From the NCBI GenBank assembly GCA_051294905.1, contig CM119371.1, positions 25,422,001-25,486,000 on the forward strand: a stretch of 64,000 bases of DNA. Reading direction: 5' to 3'. Each line of letters starts with the position of its first letter. The first letter of the stretch is position 1. This stretch comes from Botryllus schlosseri. Its lineage: Eukaryota. The notes under the pieces were generated by a model. It was not told where the DNA came from. It saw nothing but the letters and a program-made list of their open reading frames with translations, and did not search any database. Position numbers and translations under genes: made by a program. Positions 1-11,580 of this stretch are shown one piece after another.

Positions 1-689
1 ACACTTTTACTTGTAGAAACATGGATTTGATGTCAGCTTGCAACCCAGTTCTTAACACCACGACCAGATGATTAGTTAAATCAGGACATTGCAGGGGAAC
101 TTCATTCAAGCTTACATCTTTGAATTTAGTGGAACAATCAAAAACCACCCGCAAAGACTTCTCTCAGGATGTTTAACACCATGATGAGACAAATACCAGA
201 TGATATTATCATTATTCAAATGGGAATAAGTTACAGGCTCGGCAAAGCCTTGATCAAACATATTTTGCATGAAGACTTTGTAGCCATCAAAAAATTTCTC
301 ATCCCGACAGAACCTGCGTTTGAGAGACATCGCCCTGTTTTCAGCCTGAGCCCTATTATAAAGCATTCGGTTTCCACATTTTCATTGGCAATTTCATTTC
401 ATAATGACCTTCCATGGTCAGAACGTCAGATTTATTCACCTGGTTCATGAACCTCTGTTGGTTTACCGGTAAAAAGTTATGTTTAGTTTCTACTGAATCA
501 ATTACATCTGAACACATTTCACTGACACTGTCTGTGCTGACCTTTGTAAAGTTGCAACTGACGGGCAACTTTCAATTGTCCTTCATTTCACTTCTCTCAC
601 ACGCCACCGCCCAACAAATCAATGTGCGAACGGCGTACAAATCTGCTGGCCCCTCAACCACTTCTCTTGGGCGATGAACACTTCTATTA
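1..689 (-). mobile_element. BEL/Pao LTR retrotransposon pol fragment (protease-RT linker and start of RT), degraded
   Basis: ORFs read HRPREVVEGPADLYAVRTLICW, GHYEMKLP and SLKRRF...WYLSHHGVKHP, typical Pao pre-RT motifs. They join in frame to LLIGFDN at 5462 once the 690-5458 insertion is removed. Confidence 0.8.
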
Positions 690-1647
690 CACTGGCCAAC
701 AAAAATACTTTGTTTTAAGTGTCGAAGATATTTTAATGGTTTCCAAGTATGTTTGGTCTGCTGATTCCGAAAATGACACCCGTTTCTCTGAATCGACTCT
801 ACTTTTTGAGATATCGTCATTTTTTTTTATTTATTGTTCATTTTAATTAATCGTCGTAAGTTGAATACTTGGAATTACGATTTGTGCCTCATTCTGAGGA
901 AGTACCAGACTACAAGACAAAAACTAACCTGGAACTGGAGCTTCAATAACATTTTACCGTACAAGAGAGAATGAATTACTTCCGTATTTTAGCCAACAAG
1001 ATGAATTTTTTAATGCAAAGAAATCGAAGGGATTTTGATAAAAATGAAAGTTCCACAATATAGACCTCAATAGTGGCGATTATTCATAGACAGTTCGAAA
1101 TGGAGTTTGAAATGTGTATTGGTACGTAATTGTAACAGATATGCATCTCACCAATCTGTTTTATCTGTGTAGACTTGAAAATGGTTGATTTGTTGCTCGG
1201 CCAGCACAGCGTTATACAAATAGGCTACCCATGTTTTATCTGCTTCTGGGATACCCTAGCGCGCACTAATCACTGGATGACGAAAGGGTGACCACCTAGA
1301 GATTCCATCACAATAAGTGAAGCTAACATCATAAATGGACCTTTAGTTGCTCCCGTGAAGATCATCATCCCACCGCTGCACATAAAACTTGGCTTGGCGA
1401 ATCAATTTGTGAAAGCCTTGCCTGTAACTGGAGATTGCTTCAACTATACTTGCAAAACATTTCCTGCTATGACCATCGAAAGGCAAGCACTTTTGATGGC
1501 CCTCAGATCCGCAAACTCATAAAAGCTGTGCATTTTGTGCAGTTCATGACTTACATATACATGCTGCTTGGCAATCGTTTGTATTAGTCACACGGAACTT
1601 TCTTGGTAACCGACAAGCTGAAAATAACCAGGAATTGGTCGAAGATA

Positions 1648-4540
1648 CACTCTTAGAAATATTCGTAGATTTACCCAAATTATACCGGTAAATTTGTCCC
1701 GTCAGTTATACTAATGGTAAATGACCGTTAAATTAATATACGGGCACGTCTAAAGTAAATTTACTTGTTTTTAAAGGTTTAAAAAATTACAGATTAAGTT
1801 CGTAGAAGCAATTTACGGGATAACCAGTATTTAAGATTTACCTTTTGATTTGTAAAAGCAATATACTGTATAATCAGTATTCCGGATTTACTTTTGCATT
1901 CGTAAAAGCGATTTACTGGATAATCATCATTTGCAACATTGCTATCGCACTTACAATTCGATCATTTTACACGCTTATGGTCTTATTATGGACATTTGTA
2001 TGTGATTTTCGTCGATACATCATGTCTCAATCATCAAGCAAATTACGACATCGATGGCCGTGCTGAATGCTAATCGGTGAATGGTATCCGAACATTTGGG
2101 CATTGCAGATACCATCGTTTATATCGATTTATAAATAGTATCCTTTGAGACATCAAGGTCTAGCAATAGTAGCATGCAGAGCGAATTCAGTATGTTATGT
2201 AGTTTTACTGCAGATATGATCTTTTGTGTAATTATCTGCTGGACCAGTTCTGCCACCATTGTAGACTCCTTAACGCATGTATGATGCAAACTAAATATCG
2301 AAACACTGGAGCTGGCGTATAGCCGCCATGCTCCTTTGCCATTGCGACGAGAGTAGTATACGTCCTTTACCTTTTTCCCACGAATGGCCTTATGATATGT
2401 TTGATCATGAATTCGTAGCTGCTCGAGCGAACAGTACATTATGACGTCAAACATATTCCAGACGTAGCGGCGTCAGACGTCAGACATATCTGAGCGAGAG
2501 CACGTGCGGCTGAATGTTCTGAGATAGACGCGATGTTTTCGTATTGGATAATAACAAGATGCGTTGCTGTAAGATATTGAGAGCTTCGAAGCCACAGCCT
2601 AACTTTAGCTTCAGAATATGGCAGGTGTTGATAGCAGATATTGTAGGTATAGCAGTATCCGAGCTCAAACCTGGCAAGTGGCAAGTCATTCTCAGTCCTG
2701 TTTCTGAAGACGTATCTATTTTCGTTACAGTTTAATGGTGAATAGAAGCTATGGCTTATAAGAATGTATTACATTTTCTGACATTGAACTACACGAAAAT
2801 GGAAGCGTTATGGCATTATGAATCATGACGTCGAATGCTTATGTGATAGAAAGGGATCATTTCGCCTCTCGCTTCTAGCACGGTGCCGTGCGAAAAACGT
2901 TGGACGTGCGATGCAAAGGAATATTGCCAGAAAAGTTTGCAATCACGCTGGAAAGGATGATTTAGGTACGAAGTCCTAGGCCAGGGGTATATCAAACTCA
3001 ACTTGCTTCGCTGGCCGGATTCAAACTTTCAAACCGCTCGCGTGCCAGATCAGTCAAATCATTCCAAAATGTTACGGTACCTCAAAACGCCTGCCCTTAC
3101 TTTTCGCTTCAATAGTTTATTATCAATGCTGTATAAATTTTGGTATATTACATAACATTCAAGATCATATCACATGGATATATTCTAGCATCACCTTTAC
3201 TCGCAAACAACGGAATTTTGGCAAAAATTCAAAGATTGATCTTTTGAATTCAACCGCTAAAACACTGACTCTAACAACGGAATAATATGACATATTTGTA
3301 TGCTCCCTTTGTTTTATTCATAATCTGCCGTTAACTCAGCGTATGCACTTTAAGGAACACAAGTGATTTAATTGTAAACGCAGACGTTAGAATTTGGCTC
3401 ATTATTAATCGTCATTCGGATTTCTCTGTCTATCTGGGGCCTTTGAGTAGAAGTGATACAGCAGTGCGGCCAAATATATTTGAATTGTATTTTTTGTTAC
3501 TATTATATTCTCCATGCGACCTGCATATAACAGTCTCATTTTTTCATAAAAATCGGAACTCAGTGTGCACTTTTTGAAGTCTTGGGAATTGGATGTCAGT
3601 ATCACCAACTTGTTCCTGATGATGACTAGAGTAAAACCATAACACCACTGTCGGATAATTATATTACGGCATATGATCTTGACATTTGTGGCCTTGTGGA
3701 AACTCCGGGAAGTATTTCTTACAATAATATCTCAACATTTGTTAGAATATGTGCTGGGAAATACAGGGGTTTTTCAAACTACTCAGAATTGTTTTGCAAG
3801 CTGCGTGCGCCCTACGGGCCGTATGTTCGACACCCCTATCCTAGGCCATAATTATTCGAGAAATTGACAAGAATATGAAAAGTCGCAGTATGTCATACTA
3901 TAGCGTCTCAAAGTTTCCAAATTGTAACTGTGTTGATGACTTCTGTTCAGATTATAGAAGAACCTACAAAAGAGCATGGCCCAAAGTACAGTCCTTCAAC
4001 TGCTGCTGAAGTTTTGATGAAGCGATCTTCATTCCAGCGACTGCTGACTGATGATCTCCACAAAAAAGACTGGATTTTCGTCATTATCCACATTTACTTT
4101 TTTTTTTACATGTTCCCGCATGAAATATACCTGATTCAAATTTACTGATCTCAGGAACATAAAACTGCTGCAAGGGACCAGACGAGTATATTGATATTAC
4201 AGCAGATTTCTGTTACGTTTAGTTACGGAAATCTTCCGTAAACTTTTCTACGGTCAGCATATGTGAAGTCATATTACGAGGAGAGTTATTTCGAATTGAC
4301 TGGTCTCATCAGCGTAAAACTGCTGCACTGGACCTGACCAGTAACTTGGTATTACAGCCGTTTTCCGTTTGGTCAAGTACCGGGAATTTTCCGTAGAAAT
4401 TTTAACAGTCAGTCTTTGTAAAAATTAATTACGGTCAATATTATTTACGCGAAAATATTTTTCAAATTTACCGGTCTCAGAATCGTAAAACTGCTGCCAG
4501 GACCAGACCAGTCATTTGGCATAGAATATTTTTAACAGTG
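1648..4540. mobile_element. EnSpm/CACTA-like non-autonomous DNA transposon inside the Chapaev transposase
   Basis: Termini CACTCTTAGAAATATT / AATATTTTTAACAGTG, TA TSD (1646-47, 4541-42). Removal restores VEDMLHNLK. Subterminal motif (CG)TAAAACTGCTGC..GACC(A/T)GAC occurs 3 times at ~4160-4520. Confidence 0.7.
2982..3838. mobile_element. hAT (Charlie-like) MITE
   Basis: CAGGGGT..TCAAAC / GTTCGACACCCCT termini; 8-bp TSD TCCTAGGC (2974-81, 3839-46). Confidence 0.8.
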
Positions 4541-5461
4541 TATGCTTCACAACTTGAAAGATTCAGGCGGGGATATGAGTATCAAGGTTCGCTATCTCTT
4601 CAGACCCTTAGATAGTTCTCCTGCAAACCTTCGTGGTCTAATTGAAGATCAGGGATCACGGTTCTACCATGACATTAAGGTCATGGTAGAGGTGAGATGC
4701 ACACATGAGTGCCGATTAGTGTTGGAGTCGCAAACGTGACTGCTTGTCTGCGTCACATTCCAGAAAGTCGTAAGAGAGAAAATTTATAAACATCGACCGA
4801 TTTTTTGTACTTCACTTCAGGTAGGCCTATATGATTGAATAGCGTGCTTTGGGAAATTACTAACAGAACTCTGAGCGTTACTGAAAGCAGTGTTTGTGCT
4901 TTGAGGTCACCTGTTTTTGCATTACAAAAATGTGTTGTTTACTGCTAATATCGCCTTATTTTTTTATTTTGCTTGATTTTAACATAAAACAGAAGAAGGC
5001 TCTCTGTGTTAAGGATTGCGTCTTTAACGATATTGCATCAGAAATAGAAGAATACTGTATGCACACGCTTGAAATGACAGATGTGAACTCATCGAAGCTG
5101 TAGAATATAATGAGAATTTTACCCATGTCAAAATTTTAGTATTTTTAGCATTTTACCAAACAAAACTATGGAATATCACAAAGAAAAGAGTCAATTCGAA
5201 AAAAAACTATTGTCATTTTTGGATTCAGCGACATAAGAATACCCTAAATCCGTAGTATATAAAGATCCGTAGTATTCAAAGAGAATTTTACCTATGTCAA
5301 AATTTGCGTATTTTTATCACTTTTCGAAACAAAAATATAGAATATTTTAATAATCTAGCAAATTCAGAAAAACTAATGTAATTTTTGAACTCTGCGACAT
5401 AAAAATACCCCAAAAACCGTTGAAACTTTCTTGGGACCAAAATGTGTGTTGACCAGTGTTA

Positions 5462-7510
5462 TCAAAACCGATTAACAATTCTACATCACAGTCCACATCA
5501 GGAATTTCAATTCCATCAAACTCAGAAAAATCTTGAATATCTTCCTGGAGTGAGATTTCATATTTTCCCAAAGTTATCTCTTCGGTAGATACCAGCGTTG
5601 ATAGGGATACCCAATCATTACCATTATATGCCGATACTTCTACATTGTCAATCAAAGTTTAATTTTTGTGGCAACCAAACGCCGTTGAGAGTTTTTACAG
5701 CCACGTTGATATTCATACCTTAAGCAACCATTCTTTCCAGCAATGAATGAGTAATGAATGAATTTCTACTTGCTCCATCAAGTAACGCGTTGTGGGTAAA
5801 AACGTTTCCACTATTGCTGACACGCACGTTTACCGGTAACCCAGGCAATAATGCACCTGCTTCCTTTTGAACGCTACTAGCGAAAGTGCTCGTCGTTTTG
5901 TCAGATTCCGAGTTCAGATTCTGACTGGTCACTTCAATTGGCTTATGACATTGGGAAGGATTGTTATCAGGTGGATGAAGTAAGGTAGTGTGCTTGCCGA
6001 AACAATTTGCCCGAGAGCACGGCTATTTACGAGTACAAATTTTAGTGAAATGTCCTACTTGAAGACACGAAAAACACAACATGTTTTGCTGAAAAAAATC
6101 ATGCCTTTGTTCAAAACTCATTGCTCGAAAGACATTACATTGATTGCGAAAATGAGTTTGCTTACGTTGCGGACATGATGCAGTTGAACTCTCCATCTAT
6201 GTAACAAAATTAGTTTTGTTTCTTTTAGGATTAACACACTTTTCGGTACTCAAGGACCAATTTATTTTAGGTTTTGTTTCCAACTCTCGAGATTTCTTTC
6301 AAATGTAATATGACAAGTCCAGCATGGTCGATTTTTCCTTTTTTACATTCACAGTATTATCCACAATGGATCTCCATCCACTTCTCAATCATTCCGGCAA
6401 TCTGTCCTCAACCTTGTCAATTACCATAATATTGCCAATTTCAGGTAAACTATTTGTGACTAATAACGTATCTCTACATGGAACCAGTTTCGCCCAAAAC
6501 ATTGCCAAACCATCCCATCCTTTTCAAGAAAAACGAGGACCTTCAAGTATTGACTCCAGGCAACAGCGACTGATTTGATGTTCTTGCCCCTAGTTTTTGT
6601 TCAATATTTTCCATTCCCTATCAAAGCATGATCGTGAATCAGCATGCAAACAAATTTTGACCAGGGACACCCCTTGTATACTTCATTAGATATTGAACCC
6701 TATGTTGTTGGGGTAACGCATGTGGCTCTATATCAAAGATTTGAAAGCCATTTAAAATCTTGAAAATCACTGACGTTTCCAGTAAAGATTGGAGGAAGTT
6801 CCGTCAAGGGCAATAAAGAAGGTTGGGAAACTTGGACATACCTAACCTTGGGCACCGAATTAGTGATATTGTTTTTATGACCAAGGTAACAGGCTTTAGC
6901 GTTGGCTGGTATCGAAATATGAGCAGCGGGTTTAGGTCCACGGTCATGTTTTGGCCACACAGTAGGTTCACTACGGCTCTGCAAATACGGGCTATCAAAA
7001 TCAATCAGATCAAGCACCGTGTTGTCAGTATTTGAACCCAAAGGTTGCCAACTACTTGAAGTAGATGGTCTATTAGCCTGAGGAACGAACTCGACGGTAG
7101 TTTCCTGCTTGACTACCGGACTCGTTCGAGGGATAAAAATTGATTGTAGAACATTGTGTCGGGTATCTAAGGACTGAGGAACAAAAGTAATTTGAACATC
7201 GGTGCGATTCATACCTGAAGCATTAACGGTAAGAATCTCAAAACCAAGCACCTTTCTCTCCGCGCGAGTTTCCTCGAGCGCAGATGAATTTCTAATTGAT
7301 CCCTCTGATGCCTCATATACTGAGTTAATCGATCTCTCGTTGTCTAATGCGTCTTAAGGTTTCAACTTCGTTCTTGTTTCACGGTTGAGTTCTTCTTATT
7401 CAAGCTTTTGCTGTCGAGCAATTTCTTTCAGTCTTGATTTGATCTTTTGAAGCATTTATTCTTCTTCACGTTGATGCCGCAACATGAGTTGCTGTTTTCT
7501 TCTTCAGAAT
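5462..7510 (-). mobile_element. BEL/Pao gag-protease region, degraded
   Basis: PIFTGNVSDFQDF (gag), Cys/His knuckle remnants at ~6000-6200, aspartic protease LPVNVRV..ALLDGASRNSFIT, and VELLIGFD. Many stops and frameshifts. Confidence 0.8.
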
Positions 7511-9135
7511 ATGACGTTGCGGTGATGAATATCGACCAATAAATGTGTCAAAGATATGTTGATGACACCTTCGCTATATTTGAGAATGTGTGCCAGTGTA
7601 ATTTGTTTCTGAGCAAATTAAATGGCTTTCACCCGTCGCTGAAATTCACCATGGAAGAATAAGGTAATTATTCATTAGCATTGCTTGATGTTTTTGTTGA
7701 AAAGACAAGTGCTAATTTTGTTAAAACAGTTTACCGTAAACCTACATTCAGTGGGCAATACATTTCTTGGGATTCTTTCTGTCCATTCAAACGTAAAGTA
7801 AATATGATAAGAACTCTGGTGTACAGGGCTCCGAGGATTTTTTGTAACGATATACTTAATTCTGAATTGGAGACTATTCGGTCAATTCTTCAGTGAAATG
7901 GTTATCCCGATCATATCATTAAAATGACCATGGTTCGTAAACTCAAATATTTCAGGAAAGATGAACCGTTCGGACCTAGAAAATGTCCTGTTTATTTGCA
8001 TCTTCCTTGGGTTGGGAAAGTTTCCAACGGGTTTGGAAAACAAATTAAATCGTCAGTGAGGCTTTTTTTCACAAGTAGAACCGCAGATGTTCTTCATGAC
8101 GAAATCTCTGATGCCTACAACGCAAGAGGATGTGCTTCCTGCGACAAATCAAAGCAACATAATCTATGAATACACGTGCCGACGTGATAGTCGGTAAGTA
8201 GGTCACACGTCTCACCGCTTGCAGCAAATAATTCGCCGGCATGCCCCACGGCAAATTAGAATAACTAATGTTTCTCCAACTCGATCATCGCAGTCTGCTG
8301 TGCTGCTTGTACTGCTTGTTATTCGGTTATTGGGCAGCATCTCTTATCTCATCCAGAATGTGCTGATCATTACAATGACAGTCAATTTCCTGTAGTTGCT
8401 CGTGGCCGTTCTCTTTTTCATTAGAAGGTACTGGAATCTACGATCATAGAGCTTCAATATACAATTGAATAGTATATTCATATTGAAATAAACCAAGGCC
8501 ACAAGGCACACAACACAAGGCCTTGGAGTTGAGTTTTATCAAAATACACCAACTCAAACTCTGTCAACAAATGGAGTTCGTGTAGCACCTGAAAATAGTA
8601 CATTGAACGCTCTCTCGTTTGAAATTTCATGCTGGTGACGTCATATTTTGTGATTAGATTGTTGATAGGCCTATACCAGTGGTTCCCAACCTGTGGTACG
8701 CGTACCACTAGTGGTACGCGAAGGTCTTCTAGGTGGTACGCGAGTAGATTCTGTTTTTTTTTTTCGACCGAAGGGAGTTACTAGTTCAGGTGAGGTTGAT
8801 TTTGAGTTTTCTGAAGCCGTCGTCTCACGCTATTCCCCATCAGCTGCTAATTTTCCCTTATACGTGGGAATGCGAGCAAGGATTTTCATCCCTGATGACT
8901 ATCAAGTCGAAGAAACGAAACCGACTTGTAGCGCCCAGACATGACTTTCGATGCGCTGTAAGCAAACGTATACCACGCATCGACAAGCTAGTGGAAAATA
9001 GACAAATGCAGCCATCGCATTAAATAAATTGACTTTTGAATGTGTGTTGTTATTTCATTATGTTGTTCTTCTTGTGACTGGCGGTGAAAAAACAATTCCA
9101 TACATCCCATCAACCCTGGATGATAATGCCTAGTT

Positions 9136-9909
9136 TTGGGGTGTCAAACTCAAATTGCATCGCGGGCCGGATCGAAGTCATGAAATCGCTCGTGGGCCGG
9201 ACCAGTCAACGGAATCCAAAATGTTGCTTCGTGCCATTGCTTCTCGATGGAATACTTTATTATCAAGCATATATAGATAATACACGGATCGTAGGGGTTT
9301 CATTCTAGCGAGTCGCAACACCATTATTTGCGAGCAATGAAATTGGCGAAAATACGATGTTTGTCCGGTTGAATACAATGGCATTACCGGCGATACAAGT
9401 AGACATATTTCAGTGTTCCCTTTGCTTTAGTCCAGGGGTGGCCAACCTGCGGCCGTAAGAGGGAATTTGTGCGGCCGTCGACATGCAATTCGAATTTACG
9501 AATTGACTCCCGATTTCTTAAAGATTTTTATTAATCTTGAAATTTTCTTCTGGCTGCACGCGATTCAATGCGATTACGTTTTTCGATTTTAATATAGTAG
9601 CACCCTTTGCAATCAGAGCCCACGACTATGCCCACGAATGCGGCCGTAGGGTACACGAGTAGTCGAAATGTGAATGGCAAAAAGGTTGGCCACCCCTGCT
9701 TTAGTCATAATCTGGCGTTATCCCTACGTATGCGCTGTGATGAATAAAAGATATTTAACTGTCAACGCAGACTTTGTAATTTGGTTTATTACTGGGGATG
9801 AGATGGATAATATAATATTTTTTCAATGTACTCAGAATTGCTATGCGGGTCGGATAAAATCGTCTGGCGGGCCGGATCCGGCCCCCTGGCCGTATGTTTG
9901 ACATCCCTG
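9136..9909. mobile_element. hAT MITE nested in family A
   Basis: GGGGTGTCAAAC / GTTTGACATCCCTG termini; TSD GCCTAGTT/GGCTAGTT; absent from the 58-59 kb copy of family A. Confidence 0.8.
9433..9698. mobile_element. hAT MITE (innermost nest)
   Basis: Perfect TIR CAGGGGTGGCCAACCT; perfect TSD CTTTAGTC. Confidence 0.9.
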
Positions 9910-10113
9910 GGCTAGTTTAGTAGAATTTGTTAATACTCCTTGCATAGGTCAAATACGTGAGTATGACGTCATAAATGGTGGAAACGTGCGTAACTTATAT
10001 AGGTGGTACGCGAGCACTGCATAAAACCTCAAAATGGTACGTGGGTGGAAAAAGGTTGGGAATCACTGGCCTATACAATGTTCTTTCCAATTGTCTACTA
10101 CTTGCTGACGATT

Positions 10114-10147
10114 ACCCCTGACGAGTGTCAGCCGAAAATATTCGGGT
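10114..10147 (+). ncRNA. Minimal type I hammerhead ribozyme (Penelope pLTR)
   Basis: ACCC-CTGACGA-GtgtcagcC-GAA-AATATT-C-GGGT: stem I ACCC/GGGT, intact CUGANGA and GAAA cores, palindromic stem III AATATT, predicted cleavage after C10143. Confidence 0.8.
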
Positions 10148-10448
10148 TTATTTCACTATGAATATACTATTCAATTGTATATTGAAGTTCTGTACCTCCA
10201 AGAAGCTCTTCGATCATAAAGCTGCAATAGCCGATTCTCTGTCGCCAGAAGGAACGCCTCTACACTCTTGGAATATTTCATTAATGTCGTGTGCTGTTGT
10301 TCTCGGTTATTTAGAATCGAATATGTACTCGGTAACGTTTGTTTTTTATCGTTACTACCGTATCTTGCCTTACTAGCTGTTTGTTTTATTACGTGATACA
10401 GTCGAAATATTTCCTACATTTCGAATTTGATTCACTCTATCACTGACG

Positions 10449-10488
10449 TTCGCTGCTGATGAGAGTCAGTCAAAAAGCTTTAGGCGAA
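10449..10488 (+). ncRNA. Degenerate hammerhead ribozyme at the end of Penelope 1
   Basis: TTCGCTG-CTGATGA-GagtcagtC-AAA-AAGCTT-T-AGGCGAA; palindromic stem III AAGCTT, but GAAA reads AAAA. Confidence 0.55.
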
Positions 10489-11087
10489 TAAATTGACAAT
10501 ATGAAGTCATTGTTTCGCGTTATTCTGAAGTTCTGTACCCCAAATGGCTTGTTCCTAAAGATATGCATCATGTTGTGACCAACACACCAGAATATTACTG
10601 CGTTATATTGAATTCTAGCACTGTTTTCCATCCAAATTGACGTTAACCGAATAAGAATATATTTTCTGACTCGCTTGCAAAGGACATCATATATTGGATC
10701 TTTGGAAGAAATCGGATAGAAATAACTCACCACGCGGTTTAGCACCATAAACTATTTTAGATGACGGAATGTTTTAAAAAATATATATAAAGCCCTACAA
10801 ATAATTTATCACTGTAACAGCTAATACAGGGGCCGGCAACCTTTTGTGTGCATTGTATCAAACAGTCAAAAAATGTCAAAATTTTACCAGCTCGCGTGCC
10901 AAACATTAAATTCATTAATATTTAACGTTTCAAGCAAAGAGTACAACCAACCGTTTTTCTGTAGCTGGCATCGGCATCCGTTACGCCAGGGATTCTTGGA
11001 TTATTGGTCGCGAAGGAAATAAATTTTGATCGCTCCTGCACCGGACCTATCGCTTTTGTCTTGTTTTGTGATATTCATGGTCTTTGT

Positions 11088-11285
11088 CGACTACTGTGGT
11101 CATTTACACCAGACCGATATTCTTCATTTTATATTCCGTAATCGCCGACTTTGAGCTCGGCCCACTTCTAGGCTTTTTGTAAGACACCGCTTACACGGAT
11201 GAGATGGCGAGGAGGAGCCTAGATAAACCTCCAACACTAGGTAGGAATTCCGGAGTCGACCTCGGTCGCTGTTCGCTGCGGAATA
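11088..11285 (-). mobile_element. tRNA-derived SINE, 5'-truncated copy
   Basis: Shares body GTGTTGGAGGTTTATC..CTCCTCGCC..CAAAAGCCTAGAAGTGGGCC..GGTGTAAATGACCA with the copies at ~21.1 and 23.3 kb. Confidence 0.65.
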
Positions 11286-11406
11286 AAATACCTACTTCGA
11301 GTTATTTTGTTAATATTAACCAGCGTGATGGGTGTATTTTAACGGAAAATTAGCGATCTGAAAGTACGCGCAATTTATTTTTCATGAATTGTAATAAACC
11401 ATTGCA

Positions 11407-11580
11407 TATATGTGCAAATTGAAGAGTATATTCATATTGAAATGAACCCGAATATAATCGGTTGACACTCGTCAGGGGTAATCTTCAGCGACTAGTAGAG
11501 TAGACGAGTGTCAGCCGAAAATATTGGGCTTCATTTCAATATGAATATGCTATTCAATTGTGCATTGAAGTTCTGTACGT
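11407..11580. repeat. Inverted pair of Penelope pLTR/hammerhead remnants
   Basis: Two opposed copies of the 10105-10197 sequence; both hammerhead cores are mutated or truncated. Confidence 0.7.

Larger units (their letters stand above)
690..5458 (+). mobile_element. Chapaev3-type (CMC) DNA transposon, degraded
   Basis: TIRs CACTGGCCAACA / TGTTGACCAGTG with TTA TSD (687-689, 5459-5461). Transposase remnants DLKMVDLLLGQHS..YPCFICFW and PPLHIKLGLANQFVKAL (~1170-1645) continue at 4542 (MSIKVRYLFRPLD..EDQGSRFYHDIK). Duplicated subterminal block at ~5110-5420. Confidence 0.8.
8677..10068 (+). mobile_element. hAT-Charlie non-autonomous element (family A) with a transposase C-terminal remnant
   Basis: TIR CAGTGGTTCCCAACC; TSD GCCTATAC (8669-76, 10069-76); remnant FPYTWECEQGFSSLMTIKSKKRNRL (hAT dimerisation domain). 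Second copy at 58080-59526. Confidence 0.9.
8454..10210 (+). mobile_element. Penelope-like retroelement 2 (short, 5'-inverted pLTR) inserted into Penelope 1
   Basis: 8454-8496 is the reverse complement of ~10145-10187. C-terminal remnant LELSFIKIHQLKLCQQMEFV*HLKIVH*. 13-bp TSD CGATCATA(G/A)AGCT at 8441-53 and 10211-23. Confidence 0.75.
7520..10490 (+). mobile_element. Penelope-like retroelement 1 (RT + GIY-YIG), 5'-truncated and interrupted
   Basis: RYVDDTF..FHPSLKFTMEE, LLDVFV..VYRKPTFSGQY..W, NGYP, and GIY-YIG-like NIIYEYTCR..VGHTSHRL. The C-terminus (PILCRQKERLYTL) resumes at 10211 after an insertion. A degenerate hammerhead lies at the 3' end. Confidence 0.85.
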
